IMG/VR virus record: IMGVR_UViG_3300034190_001361
Span: 1-33,828 of that record
Strand: one strand, 5' to 3'
DNA from: a virus
Lineage: Duplodnaviria; Caudoviricetes
DNA length: 33,828 bases
Each line of letters starts with the position of its first letter. Position 1 is the stretch's first letter. The translations under genes and the position numbers were made by a program. Shown here piece after piece: positions 1 through 7,541 of the stretch. The notes beneath the pieces were generated by a model that was not told the origin of the DNA, searched no databases, and saw only the letters and a program-made list of their open reading frames with translations.

Positions 1-59
1 AATCCCCAGAGTTTGTATTAAGAAGGCTGATATATTTATCAGTTGGTTAGGGGGTTGCA

Positions 60-371
60 TTGTCTGGTCGAGACTTAAAAAAACAACTAAGGATAATTGA
101 AGAGTTTAGGAAATATGACGAGTGGGTTGGTGTTCAAACCGTTTATTGCTTTTTGCTTATAGCTCAACACGTTGATGTCGAAGGAAAAGACATGAGAGTT
201 ATGGACATTGGCGAGCTTATGGATACATCCAGCGCCAGCGCTAGTCGTAATATGAGGTGGTTAGTAGATCACAATCTTGTTGCACTATATGAAAACCCAG
301 AGAGACGAATAGAGAAGTTCATCGAGGTCACTAAAACGGGCCGATCATTAATGAGGAGGATTAGACTATGA
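60..371 (+). CDS. Winged-helix (MarR-like) DNA-binding regulator
   Basis: 103 aa; HTH-like 'VMDIGELMDTSSASASRNMRWL' followed by wing 'ENPERRIEKFIEVTKTGRSL' resembling MarR 'DxRxxxxxLTxxG'; TTG start with AGGGGG SD at 49-54; upstream of integrase. Confidence 0.8.
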   Translation: MSGRDLKKQLRIIEEFRKYDEWVGVQTVYCFLLIAQHVDVEGKDMRVMDIGELMDTSSASASRNMRWLVDHNLVALYENPERRIEKFIEVTKTGRSLMRRIRL

Positions 372-460
372 CGTTATTAGTTATTGAAGGCGCTGCTTTT
401 ATGGCACTGTGTTATACCACCGGTATCATATATTCATCTATAGCGGGGGTGTTGATATGA
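368..460 (+). CDS. 30-aa hydrophobic micro-protein (MTLLVIEGAAFMALCYTTGIIYSSIAGVLI), not in ORF track
   Basis: Read by hand; SD GAGGAGGA at 353-360; ATGA overlap with regulator stop (368-371) and ATGA overlap with integrase start (457-460). Confidence 0.7.
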   Translation: MTLLVIEGAAFMALCYTTGIIYSSIAGVLI

Positions 461-1464
461 GTGTGAAACCTTGGCGAGCTGGTTGGCAGGTATATCTTAC
501 CGTAGAGGGTAAGAAGTATAGGCAGACCGTGAGCACTGAAGCTGATGGCAAACTACTGGAAGCTAAATGGAGGCACGCTATATCTCTTGGTCAAAATCCT
601 TATAAGGTTGAGATCAATCAATCAACGGGTGTTGTGTCTAGCTGTACATTAGACTTTGCTATGGACAAAACCTATAACAAATACTGGAGTGGATCTAAGA
701 ACGAACCAGCAGTAATAAACCTGATGCGAGCCGTGCGTGAGTATTGGGGCAAAGAGATAGCGCTTAATCGTATATCTACATCAGCTATTGAGGACTGGGT
801 AGAGCATATGAAGGAGACCAAAAAGAATGGCACCATTAATAGGCACCTAGCTATTATACGTAAGACTTTGAAGTGGGCGTATCACAACGAACACATTACC
901 AAAGTCCCTCTAATAGAAACCCAGAGTGAAGTGGGTACAGAGAGACTCACTTGGTATACTGAGGCTGAAGAGAAGGCTATCCTATCACGACTCAAAGAGC
1001 TTAAGCAGGACTACCTCCATGACTACGCCGTCGTAGCCGTAGATACTGGCCTAAGAGCCTCTGAGATTCTTAAGTATGACAAGCAGCTTCAGAAGCTTAA
1101 ATCCATTAGGAAGGATGGCAGTCCGGTGTATGGCCTTAGAGTTAGTGTCCGTAAGAATGGCACGCCTTTAGTCGTACCCTTAACCAAGCGTGCAGAGGCA
1201 ATAGTGCGAACACGTGACTTCGATACTAATGTCCATGATTACCAATACCGCAAGGCGTGGGACTCAGTGCGACAGGAGCTAGGTCTGATGGATAAATGCT
1301 GGCACACTTGGAGACATACCTGTGCTACCCGGCTAATCCACAAAGGCTTACCTATTGAGCGTGTACAGAAATGGTTGGGTCACTCGACTATTGCAACTAC
1401 ACTTAAATATGCTAAATTAGACGCTAACAATTTGGTTGATGGCGTTGACCTTTTGGAGGAATAA
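457..1464 (+). CDS. int: Tyrosine recombinase / phage integrase
   Basis: Catalytic motifs 'DTGLRASE' (R), 'HTWRHT' (HxxR), 'LGHSTIATTLKYA' (H...Y); start moved from 409 to ATG 457 (GGGGG SD, coupling to micro-ORF). Confidence 0.95.
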   Translation: MSVKPWRAGWQVYLTVEGKKYRQTVSTEADGKLLEAKWRHAISLGQNPYKVEINQSTGVVSSCTLDFAMDKTYNKYWSGSKNEPAVINLMRAVREYWGKEIALNRISTSAIEDWVEHMKETKKNGTINRHLAIIRKTLKWAYHNEHITKVPLIETQSEVGTERLTWYTEAEEKAILSRLKELKQDYLHDYAVVAVDTGLRASEILKYDKQLQKLKSIRKDGSPVYGLRVSVRKNGTPLVVPLTKRAEAIVRTRDFDTNVHDYQYRKAWDSVRQELGLMDKCWHTWRHTCATRLIHKGLPIERVQKWLGHSTIATTLKYAKLDANNLVDGVDLLEE

Positions 1465-1466
1465 TC

Positions 1467-1496
1467 TGGTGTCTTTTGGTGTCTTTTGGTGTCCTA
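1467..1496 (+). repeat. Three tandem TGGTGTC repeats, 10-bp period; putative integrase arm-type sites
   Basis: TGGTGTC at 1467, 1477, 1487; TGGTGTCCTA (1487-1496) recurs exactly at 1715-1724 on the other side of the tRNA-like core. Confidence 0.75.
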
Positions 1497-1550
1497 AACG
1501 AGACTGTTCTCAAAACTTCAATGCCTATAAAACGGCTGAATTGTGGGAAT

Positions 1551-1588
1551 GGCCTCGTGGTGGAATGGTAGACACAAAGGACTTAAAA
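1551..1588 (+). other. attP core: 5' half of tRNA-Leu(TAA)
   Basis: GGCCTCG-TG-GTGGAATGGTAGACAC-A-AAGGA-CTTAAAA = acceptor 5' strand, D arm, anticodon stem 5' strand and loop with TAA; similarity ends at the loop, with no T arm or 3' acceptor strand; just downstream of integrase. Confidence 0.88.
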
Positions 1589-1697
1589 GACGTTGCATCC
1601 TTTCTCCGTATCCGTAGTAACTTTTTAATTAACTTAGGCAAACAGCACATAAAAGATAAAGTCCTTTGCTCCACTAACGTAGTTAGTAATGAGTAAA

Positions 1698-1724
1698 GCC
1701 ACCAACACCTAATATGGTGTCCTA
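1698..1724. repeat. Right-arm repeats of attP
   Basis: TGGTGTCCTA at 1715-1724 plus inverted degenerate copies GCCACCA (1698-1704) and ACACC (1705-1709). Confidence 0.6.
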
Positions 1725-1739
1725 CACAGAGGAATTATA

Positions 1740-2519
1740 ATGGCAACGCTGGACGAACAGATCGAGTTGGAACATCAAATGGTACAGTCCGGTATCGAGA
1801 GGTACAGCAAACAGCATTCCGATTTAATGGAGAAGAATTTAGGATCTAAGACTAAGCACGGACGTACTATCATCAAGGGCATTGTCGAGCCACTTGAGAC
1901 ACAGATACAGAAACTATACGACAGCAAAACAACCCCCAGGAATATATGCAGGAACTTAACAAAGAGCATGGATGCCGGGCAGGTAGCTTACTTAGCTCTG
2001 GTGTGTGTCATTGATAACTTAGCGACGGCTTCAACGCTCCTTAAGGTTGCCCGGTCGGTAGGCATTCAGGTTGAGACGCAGAAAAGGTTAGACGATTGGT
2101 TACACCTCGATGATGGAGTAGCTAAGAACATGATTAAGGAGGCAGAGAAGAAGTCGGACAAAGGTTTCGATCACAAACGGTACGGCCTCGACCACAAGAT
2201 TAAGAGCGACGGACACGAGATTGTACATTGGACAAACGAACAGCGCATTCAGGTAGGCGTGAAGCTTATTGATCTGATTATTGAGCACACCGGGATCATC
2301 AAGCTGGAGAAAAGAATACAGAAAAACAAAACTATCTGGCACGTTCAACCAACTAAAGAAACAGTTATATGGATTGAGGCATTCAACGATACAAACTCAA
2401 TAGCAATGCCAAGATATTGTCCTTGTATTATTGAGCCGAGAGATTGGGAAGACTTCTGGGGCGGTGGCTATCACTCGCAACACATTAACAAATTACCCTT
2501 TGTGAGGATACACGCATGA
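1740..2519 (+). CDS. T7-type RNA polymerase, N-terminal (promoter-binding) part
   Basis: 'QIELEHQMVQSGIERY', 'WTNEQRIQVGVKLIDLIIEHTG', 'PCIIEPRDWEDFWGGGYH...LPFVR' match T7 RNAP N-terminal blocks (QLALEHESYEMGEARF, WHKEDSIHVGVRCIEMLIESTG, PCVVPPKPW...GGGYW...LALVR); GAGGA SD. Confidence 0.92.
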   Translation: MATLDEQIELEHQMVQSGIERYSKQHSDLMEKNLGSKTKHGRTIIKGIVEPLETQIQKLYDSKTTPRNICRNLTKSMDAGQVAYLALVCVIDNLATASTLLKVARSVGIQVETQKRLDDWLHLDDGVAKNMIKEAEKKSDKGFDHKRYGLDHKIKSDGHEIVHWTNEQRIQVGVKLIDLIIEHTGIIKLEKRIQKNKTIWHVQPTKETVIWIEAFNDTNSIAMPRYCPCIIEPRDWEDFWGGGYHSQHINKLPFVRIHA

Positions 2520-4174
2520 GACAAGCCGCTAAAGACTACGTAGAAGCTTTACAATCTAAAGACCTAGCACTTGAATACAGGTGCGTTAACGCCTTACAGA
2601 AGACTCCATGGCGTATTAACCACTTTGTCGTAACAACATTACGCTCTTGTTGGGACAGTGGTTACGAATGGGAGGGTTTACCACCACGAGATAACGTCCC
2701 GCTCCCAAAATATCCGTTTAGTAAGGAGCCTAAATATCTTTCTGAAGAAGAAACACTTAAGTTTAAGCTGTTCAAGTCTCATCGTAACAAGATTCACACC
2801 TTCAATAACAAAAGTATGTCCCGTAGGATACAAGTTGAGCGCACTATTCAACTAGCTGAAGAGTATTCTGAGATGGAAAAGATGTGGTATGTCTGGCAGT
2901 TAGACTTTAGGGGCCGCAAATACCCGGTTGAGTCCTTCCTTTCACCACAAAATGCAGATTATAGCAAGGCACTCTTAGAGTTTTCTAATGATGTAGCTAT
3001 CACGAACGATGTTGAAGCACGCTGGCTGGCAATTCACGGTGCTAATGTATTCGGTGTCGATAAAGTTAGTCTCGAAGATCGTGAGATGTGGGCTTATATG
3101 AACGTACAGAATGCCATCGACGTTTACACTGACCCACTGAGCAACAAATGGTGGCAAGAAGCTGACAAACCTTGGCAGGCTTTAGCATGGTGTGCAGAGT
3201 GGGCTGAATATGCGCTACACAAAACGGCAGGTGAGACTTTCTATACACGTTTACCCTGCGCTAGTGACGGGAGCTGCAACGGATTACAACATCTGTCAGC
3301 CATGCTGCGTGATAAGGAGGGCGGTAAGGCTGTTAACTTAACACCTAACCCTTACCCTCAAGATATATATAAGGACGTCGCAAACAGGACGACAGAGCTT
3401 CTGATGGAGGCGAACACAGAGCTAGGCAATCAGATCTTACTAGTCGGTGTTTGTCGTAAGATATGTAAGCGACCTGTTATGATTGTCCCTTACTCAGGTA
3501 CACGACATAGCTGCCGGGATTACATCCTCGAAGCTCTTGCAGAAAAATGCAAAGGTAGGAACCCGTGGAACGATGACTTCTTTCAGCCTGCTAATTATCT
3601 AGCTGGGTTTGTATGGCAAGCCATCAACGAAGTTATTATCTCAGCACATACAGTAATGGACTACATCAAGAGCATTGCTAAACTATACTGTGCGGTGGAC
3701 AAGCCGTTTGAATGGGTAACGCCGACAGGTCTGCTAGTAAGGCAGGCATACAGCAACACAACAAAGAAACGAATCAAGACACACCTAAGCGGATCTATTG
3801 TTAAGCTCAACTACTCGCAACCAGTTGACGATTCAATAGACAAACGCAAGAGTGTTTCAGGCAGCAGTCCAAACCTTACGCACTCACTGGACGCCGCTGC
3901 ATTAACTTTCACCGTCGATAAATGTTTAAAAGAAGGAGTTACAGACTTTGCTATGGTTCACGACAGCTATGGCACACACTCACCAAATATGCCGCTGCTT
4001 AATGACAAACTACGCGAAGCATTTGTTGAGATGTACGAAGAAAATGATGTGCTGCAAGATCTCTACGATTACGCAGTAACATCGCTACCGGTTGGAACAG
4101 AGGTTCCACCCCCACCACTAAAGGGTACGTTAGATATTAGGAAGGTTTTGGAAAGTGATTACTTCTTCGCTTAA
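2516..4174 (+). CDS. T7-type RNA polymerase, catalytic (thumb/palm/fingers) part
   Basis: DFRGR; motif A 'SDGSCNGLQH'; motif B 'RKICKRPVMIVPYS'; motif C 'VHDSYGTH'; C-terminal 'SDYFFA'; SD GAGGA at 2504-2508. Confidence 0.96.
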   Translation: MRQAAKDYVEALQSKDLALEYRCVNALQKTPWRINHFVVTTLRSCWDSGYEWEGLPPRDNVPLPKYPFSKEPKYLSEEETLKFKLFKSHRNKIHTFNNKSMSRRIQVERTIQLAEEYSEMEKMWYVWQLDFRGRKYPVESFLSPQNADYSKALLEFSNDVAITNDVEARWLAIHGANVFGVDKVSLEDREMWAYMNVQNAIDVYTDPLSNKWWQEADKPWQALAWCAEWAEYALHKTAGETFYTRLPCASDGSCNGLQHLSAMLRDKEGGKAVNLTPNPYPQDIYKDVANRTTELLMEANTELGNQILLVGVCRKICKRPVMIVPYSGTRHSCRDYILEALAEKCKGRNPWNDDFFQPANYLAGFVWQAINEVIISAHTVMDYIKSIAKLYCAVDKPFEWVTPTGLLVRQAYSNTTKKRIKTHLSGSIVKLNYSQPVDDSIDKRKSVSGSSPNLTHSLDAAALTFTVDKCLKEGVTDFAMVHDSYGTHSPNMPLLNDKLREAFVEMYEENDVLQDLYDYAVTSLPVGTEVPPPPLKGTLDIRKVLESDYFFA

Positions 4175-4192
4175 CCAAAGGTTCCCCTATAG
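4175..4192 (+). promoter_or_regulatory. Putative phage RNAP promoter (replication module)
   Basis: CCAAAGGTTCCCCTATAG, identical to 13033-13050; 18 nt ending in CTATAG like T7 -17..+1; intergenic, right after RNAP stop. Confidence 0.85.
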
Positions 4193-4235
4193 CAAACCCC
4201 AAAGTTACATTAACTATATTTAATAAGGAAACAAC

Positions 4236-4856
4236 ATGGCTAACAACATTATGGTATTAGAAGGATCAGCACAATGGGCTAAAGTATTTGAGCCTGATAC
4301 AAAGTTTAACCCTTTAGGTGACTTTAGTATTAATCTTCAAATGACTGCCGCCGAAGCTGCTCCGATGTGTGAGCGACTAGAACAATTAGTCCAAGCAAAG
4401 TTCGCTGAGGCAGTGAAAGAAAAACCTGCTCTTAAGAACACGCTGACCACCGCTGATGTCAGTAACGTCGTATTTGATCGAGACACTGGCGACGACACCG
4501 GCAACATTGAATTTAAGTTTAAACTAAAAGCTAAGGTACAGAAGCGTGACGGCACGTACTACGATCAAGAGCCAGCAGTAGTAGATGCGTCTAAGAAGCC
4601 TCTGCCTAAAGATATGCTGATTGGTAACGGCTCCCGGGTAAAGGTAGCCTTTGAACCTATCACGTATGTCATGGCGTCTACCAAGAAGGTAGGTGTGTCG
4701 CTAAGGCTTAAGGCAGTACAGGTTATTGATCTCATTGAGTACGGTTCCAAAGCTACGAGTGTCTTCGATGAAGAAGATGGTTACGTATCTCCGTCAGTCG
4801 CTGAGGTTAATGAAGCGCCTTTTAACGAGGAGGCTGCCGATGGCGCTGACTTCTAG
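4236..4856 (+). CDS. Single-stranded DNA-binding protein (T7 gp2.5-like)
   Basis: 'IGNGSRVKVAF', 'GVSLRLKAVQVIDLIEY', acidic tail ending in DF; position after RNAP. Confidence 0.93.
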   Translation: MANNIMVLEGSAQWAKVFEPDTKFNPLGDFSINLQMTAAEAAPMCERLEQLVQAKFAEAVKEKPALKNTLTTADVSNVVFDRDTGDDTGNIEFKFKLKAKVQKRDGTYYDQEPAVVDASKKPLPKDMLIGNGSRVKVAFEPITYVMASTKKVGVSLRLKAVQVIDLIEYGSKATSVFDEEDGYVSPSVAEVNEAPFNEEAADGADF

Positions 4857-5211
4857 GTCTACCTTAGAAGAACGTGTTCAACTCAACTTAAACGCACGGG
4901 GAATCCCTTACGAGTATGAACCTTGTAAGTTACCCTACACTGTGACCCGCAACTATATCCCTGACTTAAAAATCGGGGATATATATGTCGAAGTAAAAGG
5001 TTATTTTCGACAGGACGCACAGCGTAAGATGCGCAGCATGAAAGAGCAACACCCTGAGTTAGACATTAGATTTTTATTTCAACGAGCCAACAGTACACTT
5101 CAGGGAGCCAAGAAAAGAAAAGATGGTTCCAAGATGACGTGTGGTGAGTGGGCAAGCAAGTACAACTTTATATGGGCAGAGGAGATTATTCCAGATGACT
5201 GGTTCAGATAG
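4840..5211 (+). CDS. Endonuclease I / Holliday junction resolvase (T7 gp3-like)
   Basis: 'RSTLEERV', 'YIPDL', 'VEVKGYF', 'QHPELDIRFLFQ'; start reassigned to ATG 4840 (SD GAGGAGG 4827-4833). Confidence 0.93.
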   Translation: MALTSRSTLEERVQLNLNARGIPYEYEPCKLPYTVTRNYIPDLKIGDIYVEVKGYFRQDAQRKMRSMKEQHPELDIRFLFQRANSTLQGAKKRKDGSKMTCGEWASKYNFIWAEEIIPDDWFR

Positions 5212-5377
5212 CTTTAGAATAGAAGTACAGATTTTAGACAACACTTCAGACGAAGGTGGCAACTGCGTTACTATTTCAAAACGTGGTCGTCAGCTAACTA
5301 TAGCCGACATTCAAGAAGCGTTTACGGACGCTGTTAAGGGTGCAGGCTTTTCAGACTTAGAGGCTCATATATCCTGA
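5195..5377 (+). CDS. Hypothetical 60-aa protein
   Basis: ATG 5195 with GAGGAG SD at 5179-5184; TGATG coupling to primase start. Confidence 0.6.
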   Translation: MTGSDSFRIEVQILDNTSDEGGNCVTISKRGRQLTIADIQEAFTDAVKGAGFSDLEAHIS

Positions 5378-6969
5378 TGGATATACCGGAGAGTGAATTC
5401 ATTATGCACACTCCTTGTGGGAAGTGTGGTTCATCCGATGCAAATAGTTTGTATGACGACGGCCACACTTACTGCTTTAATTGTAAATATTTAGGACAAT
5501 CCCAAGAGGAGGTCAGTATGCCACCAAAGAAAACGATTATGAATGGTTTAATGCAAGGCACGCACGAACCGTTAGTTAAAAGATGCCTTACAGAAAAGAC
5601 TACGCAGTTCTGGGACTACACTGTGGGCAACCACGGCGATGCTAAAGTTCAGATTGCAAATCACAAGACACCTGATGGTGTTACGGTGGCACAAAAAGTT
5701 AGAACAGGTAACAAAGAGTTTTTCGTTACAGGTAGTTTGAAAGAAGCTGGTCTCTATGGTCAGTGGTTATGGCGCGACGGTGGTAACAACGTCACAGTTG
5801 TTGAGGGTGAGCTAGATGCTCTCTCGATGTCCCAAGCGTTTGAACACAAATGGCCTGTCGTGTCAGTTAACACTGGTGCCGCAGGAGCTAAGAAAGAAAT
5901 TACAAAAGCTATTGAGTGGTTAGAAAAGTTTGACAAGGTTGTCTTCATGTTTGACAACGACGAACCCGGACAGGCTGCTGCTAAAGAATGTGCAGCTTTA
6001 CTATCACCCCGCAAAGCTAAGATTGCTAAACTCCCTTTGAAGGATGCTTCAGAGATGCTTCAAGCTCGGAGACACGCAGAGCTAATCAATGCCTTCTGGG
6101 ATGCAAAAGAATATTCCCCGGACGGTATCATTAACGGTGACGAGTTATGGGAAGAGGTATCAACAGAGAAAGATGTAAGCACCATCCCTTACCCTTACGA
6201 AGATCTTAATAAGAAGATTGGCGGTTGTCGCTTAGGTGAGATCGTTACAGTAACAGCAGGATCAGGTTTAGGTAAGAGCCAGCTCACTCGTGAGTTTGCA
6301 TATCACTTCTTGAACGAAGGCGCTACCATAGGCTATGTTGCGTTGGAGGAATCCAGTAAACGCACAGCGCAAGGCTTGATGTCCTTACACTTAAATAAAC
6401 CAGTACATCTTGAGACTGTCCCTACAGAGGAACTACGTGAAGCATTTGACGCAACACTAGGCACAGGTAGAGTGTTCATTTATGATCACTGGGGTTCTAC
6501 TGAATCAGACAATTTACTAGCGAAGATCAGGTATCTAGCACGAGGGTGCGGATGCCAGTATATCATATTAGATCACATCAGTATTGTTGTATCCGGTATA
6601 GAAGGCGGTGACGAGAGACGTATCATTGATAACATGATGACTAACTTACGCTCACTCGCAGAAGAGCTTAACATTGGTATGATTGTCGTGTCACACTTAA
6701 GACGACCAGCCGGTGACAAGGGCCACGAAGAAGGGCAGGTAACGTCCCTCTCGCAGCTTCGAGGTTCGGCTGCAATCGCACAGTTAAGTGACATTGTAAT
6801 TGGCTTAGAACGTAACCAGCAAGACGAAGAGAATAGTAACATCACAACCGTCAGGGTTCTTAAGAACAGATGGTCAGGTGATACAGGTGTAGCAGGCCAG
6901 CTTAGCTACTCAAACACAACAGGTCGTATGGTTGCAGCAGAGCACGCCGTAGACGACATACCTTTTTAG
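5377..6969 (+). CDS. DNA primase-helicase (T7 gp4A-like)
   Basis: Zn ribbon CGKC...CFNC; TOPRIM 'VEGELDALS','FDNDEPG'; Walker A 'AGSGLGKS'; 'ILDHISI'; 'LRGSAAIAQLSD'; 'LKNRWSG'. Confidence 0.97.
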   Translation: MDIPESEFIMHTPCGKCGSSDANSLYDDGHTYCFNCKYLGQSQEEVSMPPKKTIMNGLMQGTHEPLVKRCLTEKTTQFWDYTVGNHGDAKVQIANHKTPDGVTVAQKVRTGNKEFFVTGSLKEAGLYGQWLWRDGGNNVTVVEGELDALSMSQAFEHKWPVVSVNTGAAGAKKEITKAIEWLEKFDKVVFMFDNDEPGQAAAKECAALLSPRKAKIAKLPLKDASEMLQARRHAELINAFWDAKEYSPDGIINGDELWEEVSTEKDVSTIPYPYEDLNKKIGGCRLGEIVTVTAGSGLGKSQLTREFAYHFLNEGATIGYVALEESSKRTAQGLMSLHLNKPVHLETVPTEELREAFDATLGTGRVFIYDHWGSTESDNLLAKIRYLARGCGCQYIILDHISIVVSGIEGGDERRIIDNMMTNLRSLAEELNIGMIVVSHLRRPAGDKGHEEGQVTSLSQLRGSAAIAQLSDIVIGLERNQQDEENSNITTVRVLKNRWSGDTGVAGQLSYSNTTGRMVAAEHAVDDIPF

Positions 6970-6978
6970 GAGAAAAAA

Positions 6979-7272
6979 ATGATTCAACCAGTGGGCGATA
7001 GAGTCCTTATTCAATTAGCAGAACAAGAGAAAGAATCATCAGGCGGTATTATCTTATCGGCTGGTGCTTTAGATAGAATTAAAACCGGTGTCATACTAGC
7101 TGTTGGCGAAGGTTCCCGGATGGCTAACGGCAAGCTTGTTCCAATCAATGTCAAGGTTGGTGATAAGGTTTTGTTTAGTCAGTTCACCAACATGGAAAAG
7201 TTTGAAGACAAAGGAGAAGAGTTTTACATCTTGCCTGAGAAGGGCGTGATGGCTGTACTTGAAGACGACTAA
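6979..7272 (+). CDS. groES: Co-chaperonin GroES (Cpn10)
   Basis: 'IQPVGDRVLI', mobile loop 'SSGGIILS', 'GVILAVGEG', 'VKVGDKVLF'. Confidence 0.93.
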   Translation: MIQPVGDRVLIQLAEQEKESSGGIILSAGALDRIKTGVILAVGEGSRMANGKLVPINVKVGDKVLFSQFTNMEKFEDKGEEFYILPEKGVMAVLEDD

Positions 7273-7298
7273 ATTAATCACTCCGACGAGAGGATATT

Positions 7299-7541
7299 AT
7301 GAAGACTAGAATACACGTTAATCAACACCACGTTAAACACAACAAGAAGTACCCGGATGATGTTCAACTGCCACCATTGACGGTTAAGGATTACAAAAAG
7401 AATCGTAAGTGCCACGCTGCTTCTATCCAAACAGCAGCAGGTGTGGAGGTCGCGAGGCTTGTAAGCAATCCTGATAAGCCATTACCCTGCGGCGCTACGG
7501 TCTGGGTAGAAACACAGTTGGAGGTAATTATTAAATGTTAA
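7299..7541 (+). CDS. Hypothetical phage protein
   Basis: 80 aa, GAGGA SD, overlaps pol start; 'RIHVNQH...PPLTVK...PDKPLPCGATVWVET'. Confidence 0.75.
   Translation: MKTRIHVNQHHVKHNKKYPDDVQLPPLTVKDYKKNRKCHAASIQTAAGVEVARLVSNPDKPLPCGATVWVETQLEVIIKC

Noticed and set aside
409-456. Longer integrase N-terminus from GTG 409
   Set aside because: ATG 457 has an SD and ATGA coupling; this stretch is better explained by the 368..460 micro-ORF
1467-1496. CRISPR-like or microsatellite array
   Set aside because: Only three 10-bp units with no spacers; context fits integrase arm sites
1551-1640. Complete tRNA-Leu gene
   Set aside because: No variable arm, TTC T-loop or 3' acceptor strand follows the anticodon loop; only the 5' half is present
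1436-1696. 86-aa ORF after the integrase
   Set aside because: Runs over the arm repeats and the tRNA-derived attP core; no SD or recognisable motif
2489-2519. Programmed -1 frameshift or pseudogene explanation for the RNAP break
   Set aside because: No canonical slippery heptamer in frame, SD+ATG present, catalytic motifs intact; not favoured, although a sequencing error cannot be excluded without reads
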